Source of the DNA: Paraspadella gotoi
Lineage: Eukaryota; Animalia; Chaetognatha
Assembly: GCA_051294375.1 (NCBI GenBank)
Contig: JBJCIZ010000622.1
Location: 1 to 53,511 of the forward strand
Length of the DNA: 53,511 nucleotides
Reading direction: 5' to 3'
Part shown: positions 13,039 through 24,643 of the stretch, piece by piece
Numbering within the stretch: position 1 is the stretch's first letter
Layout of the letters: every line of letters starts with the position of its first letter
Position numbers and translations under genes: made by a program
The notes under the pieces: generated by a model
Database searches by the model: none
Seen by the model: only the letters and a program-made list of their open reading frames with translations
Told to the model about the DNA's origin: nothing

Positions 13039-13745
13039 TAGGCGGGCCAAAATTGAACTCTCGTTCTCTCAAAAAATTTCTTTATTATTTCCTTCTTACT
13101 ACTAAATGATTTTCAATGTAACTTTTTTGAATTAGTTTCATTGGGTTTGGTTGGCACTGAAGGCTTTTAAATATTTATTAATATATTAGCACCAAATGAA
13201 AAAAAAATTTAAAAAATTTGTTTTTTTTTTAAGACCGGGTTCTTGTAGAGCTTAAAAAGTTAAATGGAAAGTTAGTACTATAATTTTTTTCAAATTTTGA
13301 CAATAAAATGGTGTATAAACAAAAAACCTATAAAAATCATCATCATCATTATTGGCTGAATTTTTATTTTTTTAAATTTTCATTAATAAAACAACAACAA
13401 TTTTAAAAGTTGTATTAATAAACCTTTTAGTCTCTAACTTTTAAAGCTCTATCTAGAATTCTATAAAAAAAATTGATAAGCAAAATTTTAAAAGATTATT
13501 TTCATTTTCATATAGTGAATATATAGTCGCTTAACCATTATTTATTTGAGAAGAACTTCCAGTTTTCAAACCTGTTCCGGCCTAAATATCTAGTAAGGGC
13601 GGAGCCCAAATTGAAACACTTTTTATAACTTTCTAGTCTCTTTAAAAATTTTTTTTTTCCTTTTACTACTAAATCGATTTCATGTAACTTTTGAATTAGT
13701 TCATTGGGTTGTTGCACTGAAGCTTTTAAATATTTATTAACTATA
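13039..13745 (+). mobile_element. MITE-like TIR element (13039-13584) followed by a partial tandem second copy
   Basis: Ends taggcgggccaaaattgaa / ttcaaacctgttccggccta. 13585-13745 repeats 13028-13185. The terminus resembles taaggcgggtcaaaattga at 15511. Confidence 0.55.
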
Positions 13746-14252
13746 TAATAATTATATAAAGTTTGACGGGAATTGTGCCAGTGGAAATGAGTTTAGATAT
13801 GGAAAAAACATAAGTCACATTTACTTGAATCTTTTAATATTAATGATTACTAATAAATATTTTAATTAATTAATTAATTATTTAATTAATTAATGTGAAA
13901 AAATGATGCAAGTTAAAAAATTTAAAAAATCGTCGCAATTGCATAAGAACAAAGAGAGAGAGAGAGAGAGAGAGCTTAGAGGATAGAGAGAGAGAGAGAG
14001 ACGTGAGAGAGAGAGGAAAGGAGACATAAAATAAAATAGAGGATATTTGTTTGTTTTGATAAAATGTAAACAAAACATATTTAAACTGTCCTAAACCCAA
14101 TTTTAAGGACCATCGATTGATGATAAGTTGAATATAAATTTTAAAATTAATTATTACATATTAAAATTTATTAATTAATTAATTAATCGATTAATTAAAT
14201 TAATTATCGTCGTAGGCAGATCCGACATTGTTTGCTCAAACTTGTTATTAGT

Positions 14253-14295
14253 AGTACATGTTTCAACTGTGTTGGTTCGAGTCTTCATCAGCTTT
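14253..14295 (-). ncRNA. Minimal type I hammerhead ribozyme (degenerate stem I)
   Basis: Minus strand AAAG-CUGAUGA-A-GACU..AGUU-GAAA-CAUGUA-CU: conserved core, stem II and palindromic ACAUGU stem III; only 2 bp of stem I remain. Confidence 0.65.
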
Positions 14296-14697
14296 GAAAA
14301 AACATTAATAAAATGCTCTACACATTAAGTTAGAGAGAGAGAGTGAGAGAGATTGAGGGAGAGTTTCTAACAAAGTGCTGAGTAAAGGACAGTGGCCAGA
14401 TTAGAGGACAGGTGAAGGTAAGAACAGAGAAGAAGATAATTTTGAAATGATAGAGAGAGAGAGAGAGAAATAATTACATTTGACAATGTATAACAAAGAT
14501 AAATTTGGAAAAACTTAGAAATAAGCTGTGATTTTGAATTAATAACAAAAGTTAAATAAGTAGTAATGAAAATTGAAATGGAGGAATAGGTGGTGAGAAG
14601 GTAAGAATTTAGTGAAATATATATAAGAGAAGAAAGAGCTCAAAAATAAGCTGCCCCCCCCCCCGGGCGGATAAAGGTGGGACGCAAACAACCTTTC

Positions 14698-14990
14698 ACA
14701 GCAGCATACGTGAGTGAGACTGGGAAGTCTCTCTCAGATTGGTTCAAACAGCACATAAAGCCGTATCGTGACACACGAGGTCACTTCTTATTGGCTATTG
14801 CTGAGCATTCGGCATCTTCTGGCTATCTGTTTAGAGAGTCCGACTGCCTCGTGTTGTCCCATGACCAAAATTGGTTCTCAAGAGGTATTAGAGGGGCTGT
14901 CTACATCAAAGCCCTCAAACCCTCTTTGAACCCTGATGGAGGACGATTCGATCTCCCTCCAAGCTATGATTCGCTAATCAAACTGGTGGC
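14698..14990 (+). pseudogene. GIY-YIG endonuclease domain remnant of a Penelope-like element
   Basis: AYVSETGKSLSDWFKQH...AIAEH...LVLSHDQNWFSRGIRGAVYIKALKPSLNPDGG matches the PLE pattern YIGETxRxLxxRxxEH...SAIAEH...WxxRxIxEAIYI...PSLNRDxG, with substitutions at key residues (G>S, R>W, E>G). Confidence 0.85.
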
Positions 14991-15507
14991 GGAAGACCCA
15001 ATGCTACCCCAACCGCACGGTAATTCCCCTGTCCCAAATCAACAGGTCAGGTGGAGGCCTCCCGGCAAGCAATGGACGTCCGATACCTCTCCCAAACCTG
15101 TAGCAACTTGGCGTGACTCTCTGAATGCCAGGCTCCGCTTAAAACGACGGCTACAGGAGGAGGGAGAGTAGTCTGTATCTGCTGCACTGAAACAGGCAAC
15201 CGCCCACCTAACCGTCAGGTGAGAGGAGGGCCTTCGGCAGGCTTATTAGGCCAAAGAGATATTAGAGTGGCACTTGGTGTTTTCCCAGGCGGGTCTATAC
15301 CTGACCCCATGATATCCCACTCTACAAGAATATTATCTCAGACTATGACAAGCCAATGACCCGATCACATCATCAGCGTCCCACCTTTGTCCGCCCGGGG
15401 GGGGCCAGCTCATTTTTGAGATCTTTCTTCTCTTATATATATTTCACTAAACTCTTACCTTATCTATCCATCACCACCTAGATTAGATTTGATTTTTAAC
15501 AAATGAG

Positions 15508-15872
15508 CAATAAGGCGGGTCAAAATTGATCACTTTTTATTATTAAGAGTTCTGTAATATAAAATTCATTTGTCTATCATATACTTAATCATTATTTACT
15601 ATCACTTTTTTAATTAGTGAAGCACAGTATAACATTAAAGCCTTTTTATATTTATCAATGCATAGGCAATAAAAAAAATTTATAAAAAAATTATTTTTTA
15701 AGAACGGATTCGAGATATTACGCGGGCCATATCCTCGCAGTTTAAACTTCGCGCAGTTTTCTCATCGGGAAGGAACTATAAGTTCACCGCAACTACGCCT
15801 GCCGGCCGTCTTCGCCGGGGTATATCATTCCCGGCAAATCCCCGCCGCAATTCATGACGGGACGAGAAATGG

Positions 15873-15915
<43 letters not shown>

Positions 15916-17268
15916 ACAAATGTTTTTTTTTTGGGCTTCAAGGTATCTCAATGGCGATAACAATGAAGGTCACAGATTTGAATTTTTTTTGCTTTCTTTT
16001 AATATATTTTTAATCTACTATTAGAACAGAGAAAAAGTAAGAAAAAAAAAGAAGGAAAAAAGAAGGAGAAAAAAATATAGGAAAAAAATATAGGAAAAAA
16101 AAGAAAAAGAAAAAGAAAAGAAGAAAAAGATAATTAAAGAAGAAAGAAAGAAAGACAATATAGTATATTTAAGTGTAAAAAAGTGGTTATTTAGCTGGAT
16201 ATACAGCTTTGATGGAATAGATGCTGTGTGAAGACTTGAATTAAAATCAAAAACAACAACAACAACAAATGTCTTTTTCTCAATTCAAAACACAAAGATG
16301 CTAAGAGAAGAGAGAGAAGAGGAGAGAGAAGAGAGAGAACAGGGAGAGATAAATAATACATTATGTAATGTACAATAAGGAATAAGTTTAAACTAATGGT
16401 GAATTTAACAATTATTCTAATAATAAATTAAATAGTAATGAAAGGAAAGAAAGTTTTTAAATGTGAAATGATACATTTTTATGAGGGATAGATAAGTGAC
16501 TGTTAAAGTGAAAAATTAAGAATTAAGATAGGAATGAATCTAAATGCAAATAAATTATTGATTTTTAAATTAGGATTGTTAAGGTTTCTTATGTTTTCAG
16601 TTAAAAATATTTATAACAAGGACTGCCCATGATGATGATTCACGGCAGGGACAGGGCTTCAAACGTCAATCCCCATCAAAAATAGTAGCGGGGATTCTCC
16701 GCCGTGGATAGGCAGAAGGCTTCAAACAGTAATCCCCGTAAAAATAGTTGTAGGATTCCCCAAAACAGAGGGAAAAAGACAGTTTTCGTGAACAGAAAGA
16801 GGGCGCAGTTGAAACTGTCCCCGTAAGCCAGTTCAAACTGCGCCTTATTGGACGGCGTCATACTTGACGGATTCAGATAGCCATAAAAGTCTGTCTACCA
16901 CAAATTATAACACTGCGTCTTTCTATTTTCAAATCAACATACTTATCCAAACATCTTCATCATCATCATTGTCTTACCATAATTTTTATAGTTTTTGCTA
17001 ATTTTAAGCAATAAAAAAAAAGAATTTTGAAATCTTGTAGTAATATTTTTTATTTTTTTTGTTTAATCTCTACCCGAATCCGTTTTTAAAAATTCTGATT
17101 TTGAAAAAAAAATTGTCATGATTTATAGTAATAAAAAAAATTTAAATGCTTCTATGTTATTAACTTTATATAAAATCTTAATTTTTTTTATTTCATCATC
17201 CCACAGGGATGCTCTAACGTTATTTATATTACAGAACTCTTAGTTTTTACTTTGTTCCGCCTTATTGA
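15508..17268. mobile_element. Non-autonomous DNA transposon with ~200-bp imperfect terminal inverted repeats (Kolobok-like ends)
   Basis: 15508-15720 and 17065-17268 are inverted (caataaggcgg...taagagttctgtaatataaa...aacggattcg). Confidence 0.6.
16290..16550 (-). mobile_element. Penelope pLTR fragment
   Basis: Similar to 1-240 and 14440-14600 (gagag...tacattatgtaatgtacaa...aaatgtgaaat...gagggatag). Confidence 0.5.
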
Positions 17269-17308
17269 GCAACAAACTATAGGCAGGTTATAAACGTTTT
17301 TAACGTAA

Positions 17309-17396
17309 GTGGGACAGACCGACGGACAGACATACCGACGGACCGACCGACCGACCGACCGAAAAGTGACTTATAGAGTTGCGCCGCGAGTACTTT
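17309..17396 (-). mobile_element. 5' end of a DINE-1/HINE-like element, family B
   Basis: Minus strand gcaactctataagtcacttttcggtcggtcggtcggtcggtccgtc: ctctata motif followed by a (GTCG/GTCY)n microsatellite. A related fragment lies at 21470-21503. Confidence 0.6.
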
Positions 17397-20149
17397 AGCA
17401 AGTATATCGTAAATCGATAGCGCGAAAAGCCAAACGCCGCCCGCTTCGACGAAAAACATGATACTTTTAAGTGGGGTCATACGCGCTCGTCTCGGCCTGG
17501 TGGAGTTAGGGAATGATGGATGAGACTTGATTGGAAGAGAGAGCGAGAGAGAGAAAAATAATGAGAAAGATTTTTGTTCAAAATTACTACATACATTACT
17601 AAGCACGTGGTAAATAACTATTACATTATCTAAATTACGACCGTGCAAATGAAGTCAGGAATTGGTATTTGTCAAATTTTTATCAGATCGAATTTTAAAT
17701 CTTGTACTGCTTCCCTGATATGTTATGACAAGAAATGGTACTGATTATAGGTCACTATTTTAAAAAAATTAACGAAAAGGTATATCGCCACCACGCGGGT
17801 AATAGACTCGGAAGGAGGTAGCGATATAAAAATGTGGCGGCCACGTTCGCCCTTTTGTAAAGGCGTCGCCCCGGGAGCCGCCATTGTCGTCTGCGCCATT
17901 TCCGGTGCGTCAATCTCGCGTTCTCCCACCGTGAATTGCGTTTCGAAAGTTCGCCGACGGTGCCAAAGATTTTTGTGAAAAGTTGTCCAAAAAACCGAAG
18001 CGCGTTTTGCATGAAAAATCTCTACTCTCTCTCTCTCTCTCTTTCTCTTTCTCTCTCTGTCTCTCTCTTTCACGTCGCTCCTCGGTACATATAGCTGGCC
18101 TTTCCAACTTAATTTGTATTCCTTCCAAACGTTTTTTCCGGCGCCTACCAATCCCGCCGCACGGTTTTCCTCTTTCATCCGGCCGATCAAAAAGCCGGCT
18201 GCCGGCCGCGGAGCCGCCGGATCGACCGGGCAGCCGATCGCTTCTCTTACTCCCCCTTTCTCTTCTCCGGGTCGAAACGGGCGGCCGATTCACAATGCCG
18301 TTAATATTTTTCTGAGGAGGTCGTAAGTTTTCTGAGAAGATGAGAGAAAAAATAAAAGAAGGAGAGGGAGGGAGAGAAGGAGGGAAAGGGAGAATCGAGA
18401 GATGGAGAGACGAAGGAAATTATTAGAACAAGGAATTATTCTCTAAATATGAGAACTTTAAAAGAAGAAAAAAATTAAAATCTATTCAAAAAAATATAAG
18501 TTGAAAAAAAAAAAACAGAAAAAAAAGACAGAAAGAAAGCATTATAAATAAAAAGGGAGAAAAATAAAAAGCAAAAAAAAAGGGAACAAAGCGAAAAAAA
18601 AGAGGGAAACGGTAGGACTGTAGTTGAAAAAAGAAAGAAACGAAGGAGAAACAAGGAGGAAAAGAAAAGACTCGAAAAAGAAAAGAAGGCTCGGTAAAAG
18701 GTCAACCGCGACACGAGTTATGTTTCAGGCGCGAAACGGTTTTCAGGTCTCGAGGTGGATTCACAGGTACAACTGCGCTATGCGGGGTGCCGGTAGTGGC
18801 AGCGACACTGCGAGTGTGCCATAGGAAAAAAGGAGATTAAAGTTATAAGATTGTAGAGAATTTGATGATAAAATATTTAATACAATAATACTGTAGAGAA
18901 GTCTCAGCTCTCTACGCCTCTGAAGGTGAAAATGGTCCACTTGGTCGGAAAGTAATCTGACGAAAAGCGTCCCAAACGTTTTATGAACTGAAGCTCGAAA
19001 ATGTTGAAAGGAAAAAATGCGGGAATAAAATGTGAATAAATGTAGGAAACGAGATGAAAATCCGTAGAAATCGAGATCAAATCTAAGAGGAATCCAATAA
19101 ATCGTAGAGAAATCAAATAAAAACGTAGTAGAATCTTCAGTAAAAACGTTTGTAAAACTTTGTAAGAAAGTAGTTGTGTCTCTCGGGAAAAGAGAGAGAA
19201 AGAGGGAGAGAGAAAGAGTGGAGAAAGAGTCGGGTCAGTCCTTGTCCGGTCGATCGGTCAATCGGTCGAATAAATCAGATCTGGCCGTCTCCGTCGGTCT
19301 CGGCCTTTTCTCTTCAAATACAGTAATCACATTTCAAGGTCTTTCGGAGCGGAGGAATCAATTTAATTTTTAAAGGAAAGAAGTGAGAACGAGGTCACAG
19401 AATCTTTCAGTGACAAAGAATAGAGTTTTCACTCGTGGAACAATGTTAACATCGGTAAGAAAATCCGGTGAGAGATGAAAACCTACATGAAATACTAAAA
19501 TCGTTTTGTACAGGTTTTACCTGTAACTTACTATATTAATATCATCGCAGGAGTATCAAGATATTTTTCTCGATGTGGAGTTTTCCACCTTTTTTCGGAC
19601 TCACACACCGGACCCGACCCTCAAGCAACACCGACACGACCCGACCAGGCGCAAAGACTACTTCGAATCTAGTTGCAAAAATGACCCTTTCCAACCACCT
19701 GACCGGTCCTGACCCTGCCATTTCTCTGCTTCTTCTCATCTTAGTCTTTTCTCCAATATATCCTATTCTCCCTCTCTTTACCCTTCTCCCAGTTTTTATT
19801 CTTCCTCCTCTCAACCCACGCGGCCCCATCGACTTTCACAGAATGACGTTAGTGAAGAATGTTTTGTCCTTTTCTTTCTCTCTCTTTGGACGAATCTCAC
19901 CTCATATTCGATTCGGGTGAGAAAGCAGAAGGAAGAATGAAAGCCATAAATATAGAACAGAAAAAAAAGAAAAGGAATGAAAAAGAAAAAAGTGAAACGA
20001 AAAGAATAGAATGAGATAGAGGGAAGAAAAGGAGAAAAGGAAGGGGAGGAGAGAGACAATGAGAGAGGCTATATTTTTTAGTTCATTTAATTTTGAAGTG
20101 ATGCAGTTTTTATAAGTGAGTGAACTAAATTAACAGGAACACCGGATAT

Positions 20150-20520
20150 TACACGGTTTTTTTTAACCATGCAGTCAAAAATTTTAATAATCCTGTTCAG
20201 TTTCTAATATAATTTTAAGTGCTTAAAACGATTAACAAGGTGTTGTCAATCAGAATTTGCGTTAGACCCACGCACAATTGACCGGAAGTTGACAACATGG
20301 AATTTTTCTCTTTTCTTTAATTGCAAGATAATTAAATAGTCTGATAAAAATAATAATTGCTTAAATTTTAAGTAACTCTCATTATTTAATAAGTTTTACT
20401 TTAAAATTTTTTTTAAGAAGGTTCCTACCCATAGTGGGCGTGTCCAAAACCGGAAATAACGCTCAAAAACTGATCCAATACACATTAGGCAATATTAATA
20501 GTTTTTGATCTACTATAAAT
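20150..20520 (+). mobile_element. Terminal fragment of a DNA transposon (CAC-type end, possibly CMC/EnSpm-like)
   Basis: Inverted homologue at ~27685-28052; both begin ta-cac(g/t)gtttt. Confidence 0.55.
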
Positions 20521-20599
20521 ACATGTATAATTGTTTTTTTATTATCTTATGACAGTTGTATCACAAAGCAAGATAGAGGCTCACCCTATCGCCAGCAAG

Positions 20600-20810
20600 A
20601 ATGTCATCCTTCAGAATTGCTTCACCCGGGGGCGGTGCGAGGGGCGGCCCCGCGGGGCGGCCCCCAGGGGCAGGCAAATTTTTACTGCCTAGGGGCGGCC
20701 CCCTGTAGCCTCTTTTTTTGGGCCACAAAGGGCCATCCCAGGGGGAATCCCCCAGGGGTTAGAAAAACCCCAGGGGGTTGAATTTGCCTGCCCCCTGGAA
20801 CGGCTCTCTT
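20600..20810 (+). repeat. GC-rich MITE-like repeat (ggggcggcccc / ccccagggg palindromic units)
   Basis: Homologous, in inverted orientation, to 23085-23355. Confidence 0.6.
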
Positions 20811-20967
20811 TCCTTCCTATCTCTCTCTCCTTCTCCACTCTCTCTTTCTCCCTCTCTCTCTATCTCTTTTCTTTTTTCATCTTTCATTAAAATAAAATAT
20901 AAAAATTAAAAAAAAATTTTTACTTCAATTAATCAATCAATGAACCAATAGCTGCACCAATACCAAC

Positions 20968-21350
20968 CTGCATAATTTGGTCAATTGCATAGTTTTGTCA
21001 ACTGGCATAAATTGGTCAACTGGCATAAATTGGTCAATTTGATTAATTTGGTCAACTCATAATTTGGTCTAATTACTGTCATAATTTGGTCAACTTGCAT
21101 AATTTAGTCAACTTGTATAATTTGGACAACTTGGATAATTTGGTCAACTTGCATAATTTGGTCAACAATCAACTTAACAATTAGCTAATTAATAATGTTA
21201 TCTGTGAAAAATAGAAAGAAAGAAAAAGAGAGAAAGAGTGAGAAAATTTTTTTAATAAAATTCAAGTAAATATGACTTTTATTTTTTCCATTAAAACTCA
21301 CTTTTACTTGTACACTTTTCTACCCACACACAAAATTTTATTTTAATAAA
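20968..21350 (-). mobile_element. HINE family A internal fragment with 18-19-bp minisatellite
   Basis: Same order of module, CT tract and ttgaccaaattatg array as 860-1516, but inverted. Confidence 0.65.
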
Positions 21351-21892
21351 TCTATGAAATTCTAATTATTAATTACAAATCTTAAATGAAAAAAAATTTA
21401 TTTCACTATGTGGAACTCATTTAATGATGATTATGAATTAAAAATCTTGATGAATAGCTTTTTTTTTTAGGACTCTATAACTCACTAAGAAGGTCTGTCG
21501 GTCACTGCCCATTATCTGTTTGGTTATTTATTTAATCCCTTTTTAAACATAAAATTATGAATATTTTTTTTTAAAATGTCTTTAATTATCAGTCCATCAG
21601 TATGTCCATCCAACAAAAAAGAAAAAAAGAGAAAAAAAAAGAAAGAAAAAAAGAATGAATTAAAGAAAAAAAGAAGACAGATGACTGATTGACCACGTCC
21701 TACATTATTTGCTCAAACTTGTTTTTATATCTTTTAATTGAAATAAAATAATTGGGTTTAAAATACAAATATTATAATTTTTAGATAAAATATGGAATAA
21801 ATGAGTTAACTATAATTTTTTGAAAAAATAATTTTTTTTTCAGTTTTATGAAATAAGTCTTGAAAGAGAGAGAGAGAAAAAGAGATAAAGAG

Positions 21893-22775
21893 TAGAACCA
21901 AATTCCGAAACTCGATCCCAAACCTTTTTCGTAATATTTTTATATTTTTGGATAGAGAATGACTGGAATAATGTAAATCTTAAGTTACATCTAAATTGGC
22001 CAATGGGTTTAGAAGAAATCGACCAAAAGCAACCAAAATTCCTCTCCCTTTTTTTCAACATTTTCGCCTTTTAAGATTTTCGCCGATTCTGACTTCCTCT
22101 TACAAACTTATAATTCCGCTAGTTAATTTTTTTTTTCCTTTCATGAGCGAAAGGAATCCACAACTTTCTAATATTTTATAATTTCTAGGTAAAAAAATAT
22201 AAGACATTACATTAACATTGGGATATTGTGAAAGTGTAATGTCTTGTGAAGCCTGTGAAAGTTGAGTAATTAAAAAATTTGCCTATTTTATTATTAAAAA
22301 ATGGAAATTAAAGTGAAAAAGTTGAACATCTTCTGGCTCCTTTCAGTAAACATCCCTGTTCTCTAAAATAGGATAATGTTTACTTTTTGCTGGTGAAAGA
22401 AAGATAAATACTTAGACTGTGATGGGGTGAATAATATTTTGTAGAATTTTGTAAGCATGCTTGTAAAATCAGACAAGCAATTATTTAAGTGACAAACAAT
22501 TTACATTTTCTTTATCCAAAAAACTTTTAAGTTTTACTCGAGTACAATTTAGCTTTTTTTCTTTCAGAATCATTAAAAAGAATTTAATTTTTATTTATTC
22601 TTATGGGGTGTCATTAGTTTTAAATTTAATTATAATTTTGACTTAGTTTGACACTCCCCCTGTAAAGAGATTTCAGCAAAAATAATTCTAAAATTGTATC
22701 TTGAATGTGCCCTATGATTATGGTACTATTGCCAACCATTTATCTTTGTTCCTTCAAAAGATATTAGGAAAAATA
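21893..22775 (+). repeat. ~880-bp dispersed repeat
   Basis: Colinear, high-similarity inverted copy at ~35000-35844. Confidence 0.85.
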
Positions 22776-23084
22776 AGTTTTTTGTTTTTACAACTGTTTT
22801 CTACCGGAATTTCTTGCAGGCTCGTTTGTAAAGTTGGGCAGTCAGATTCGAACGGAAATCTCTATTAGAAAAATGTTGAATTTTTTTAAGCAAGATTTTC
22901 GCCTATAAAGAGAGAGAGAAAAAAGAGAGAGAAAAAAAAAGAGAGAAAGAGAAAATGAGAAAAAGAAATAAAGAGAGAAAGAGAGAGAGAGAGAAAGAAA
23001 AAGGGAGAGAGAAAGAGAGAGTAACAGATACAATAATGTTGTCAGCAAGTATATTTCCTGATTTAAACTTTGCTCTCTCCTTAA

Positions 23085-23355
23085 CTCGCCCCTGGGGGAG
23101 CACTTTTTTGCTCCCCCAGGGGTTACCCCAAGGGACAAACTTTTTTTAGCCCCAGGGGGCTTAGCATTGGGGGCGCCCCTAATAGACCCAAAATGTTTGC
23201 CCCAGGGGGAACCCCCCTGGGGCGGCCCCCTGAGGCAAGCCAGAGGGGGCGCCCCCTCAATGACCATTTTGCTGCTCCCCCTGGAATAGTTTGCCCCCTG
23301 GGGCCGCCCCTAGAGCCGTCCCGCCGGGCGGAGAATTTGGGAGATGACATATCTC
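23085..23355 (-). repeat. GC-rich MITE-like repeat
   Basis: Multiple ccccagggg/cccctgggg units. Its reverse complement cgggacggctctaggggcggcccc matches 20627-20650. Confidence 0.6.
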
Positions 23356-23809
23356 ATCGCCAGGGCCTTTCTCTCCCCCCCGTGTCTTCTCTCCCCTCTC
23401 TCAACGTCTCCTCCTCCTCCCTTCGCCGTCCCCTTCTCAAGTCAAGGATCAGAGTCTTGGAGATCGGCATTACAACTTCTCATCTCGGTCTTGGGGTCTA
23501 TTAACCTTCCCTCTCCCTTCTCCTCTTTTATGTACTCTTTTACTGTTTTCCTATCACCATTACATATTTACCTTACTTACCTCTTTTACCTGATGAGAGA
23601 CTAGTCAGAACCTACCTTTAGCTAGATACCCATCTTCCCAGCAAAAAATTATTATATATGTCAAAAAAAACTATCATAGCTCTAAATAGACAAAATAAAT
23701 ATCAGTTTCAAAAGATTCGTTTCTTAGTAACTGTTAAAATTCAGAATTAATATTATTATATATTATTATTTATTGTTGAAGAGACAGGAGACAGGACATG
23801 CACAGGAGA

Positions 23810-24585
23810 TAATGATTTAGTATTAAGCATATAAATTTTTTTTATTTTGACAAAGAATAAAAAAATATTTAGTATTAAGCAATTCGTGGTTGGATTTATA
23901 AGTATAATTTTATTAATTTTTTGCCAATATTTTGATTCTTATGAACTAATCATTTTTGAAGGCGATCTCGGTTGTTTGATGCCCTTTTTATTATCGAATT
24001 CGTATTTTTGTTGCTTACAAAGTATCTGATTGATCAAGTATTTTAAAAGTCGCTCTCTGATTGGTTAGTCCTTATGATTGTACCTTAACCAAAGATATAA
24101 AAGAGATGTGCTTACCGAAAACTAAGAGGATAAGTTACCAGTGATTCGTGACAGTCGGTAAGCATTTAAAATGATATTTTGTAATTTTATGGTTAAACTT
24201 AAAGTTGACTATTTTTAATAAGTTCTTTTTTTTTTTGTATATCTTTAGAAATAGTCTCCCTTCGACTTGCTTTATGTCTCCCTTCTACTTGCTTCACGTC
24301 TCACGCTCATGTTATGTCTACTACAATAAATATTACTAAATTTACATTCTTCGAATCTCTATAAATAAATAGCAAGTCAGAAAACACTAGCTCGCTCACG
24401 GCGTTACGGTAAAATTCTCAATAGCCTTGAAAAATGATTCGTTCATAAGAACCAAAATATTAGCATGAAAGTAATAAAAATGAACTTGTAAATTCCACTA
24501 AGAATTGCATAATACTAATATTTTTTATTCCTTATCAAAACAAAAAATATTTTATAATTTTACATTGCTGTATTATTTATCATAT
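23810..24585. mobile_element. Fold-back element with ~150-bp inverted arms around a ~455-bp core
   Basis: 23810-23966 and 24421-24585 are inverted. The core 23967-24420 recurs alone at 45279-45709. Confidence 0.65.
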
Positions 24586-24643
24586 TTAAGCTTGATATGA
24601 GATACTCAAGTTTTGAATAAGAGTCGTCTTACTTCTAAAACCC

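Larger units (their letters stand above)
12285..14246 (+). mobile_element. 3' part of HINE family A element, with internal duplications and nested insertions
   Basis: Resumes the module at agatataaagttttgacgg. Ends in gtaggcagatccgac-attGTTTGctCAAACttgtt (subterminal IR plus 3' hairpin), identical to 44866-44900. Confidence 0.75.
14251..15480 (+). mobile_element. 5'-truncated Penelope-like element with inverted pseudo-LTR
   Basis: 14587-14685 and 15376-15480 are inverted repeats flanking a GIY-YIG remnant. The left (inverted) pLTR carries a hammerhead-like motif. This architecture is typical of PLEs. Confidence 0.85.

Noticed and set aside
18957-18995. CTGACGA followed by a hairpin
   Set aside because: Followed by ATGAAC rather than GAAA; no cleavage triplet or stem I.
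19550-19920. Possible exon/ORF (EYQDIFLDVEFSTFF...)
   Set aside because: No recognisable domain or linked exons; cannot be supported from sequence alone.
23590-23615. CTGATGA hammerhead-like core
   Set aside because: No GAAA after a stem II and no stems I/III.
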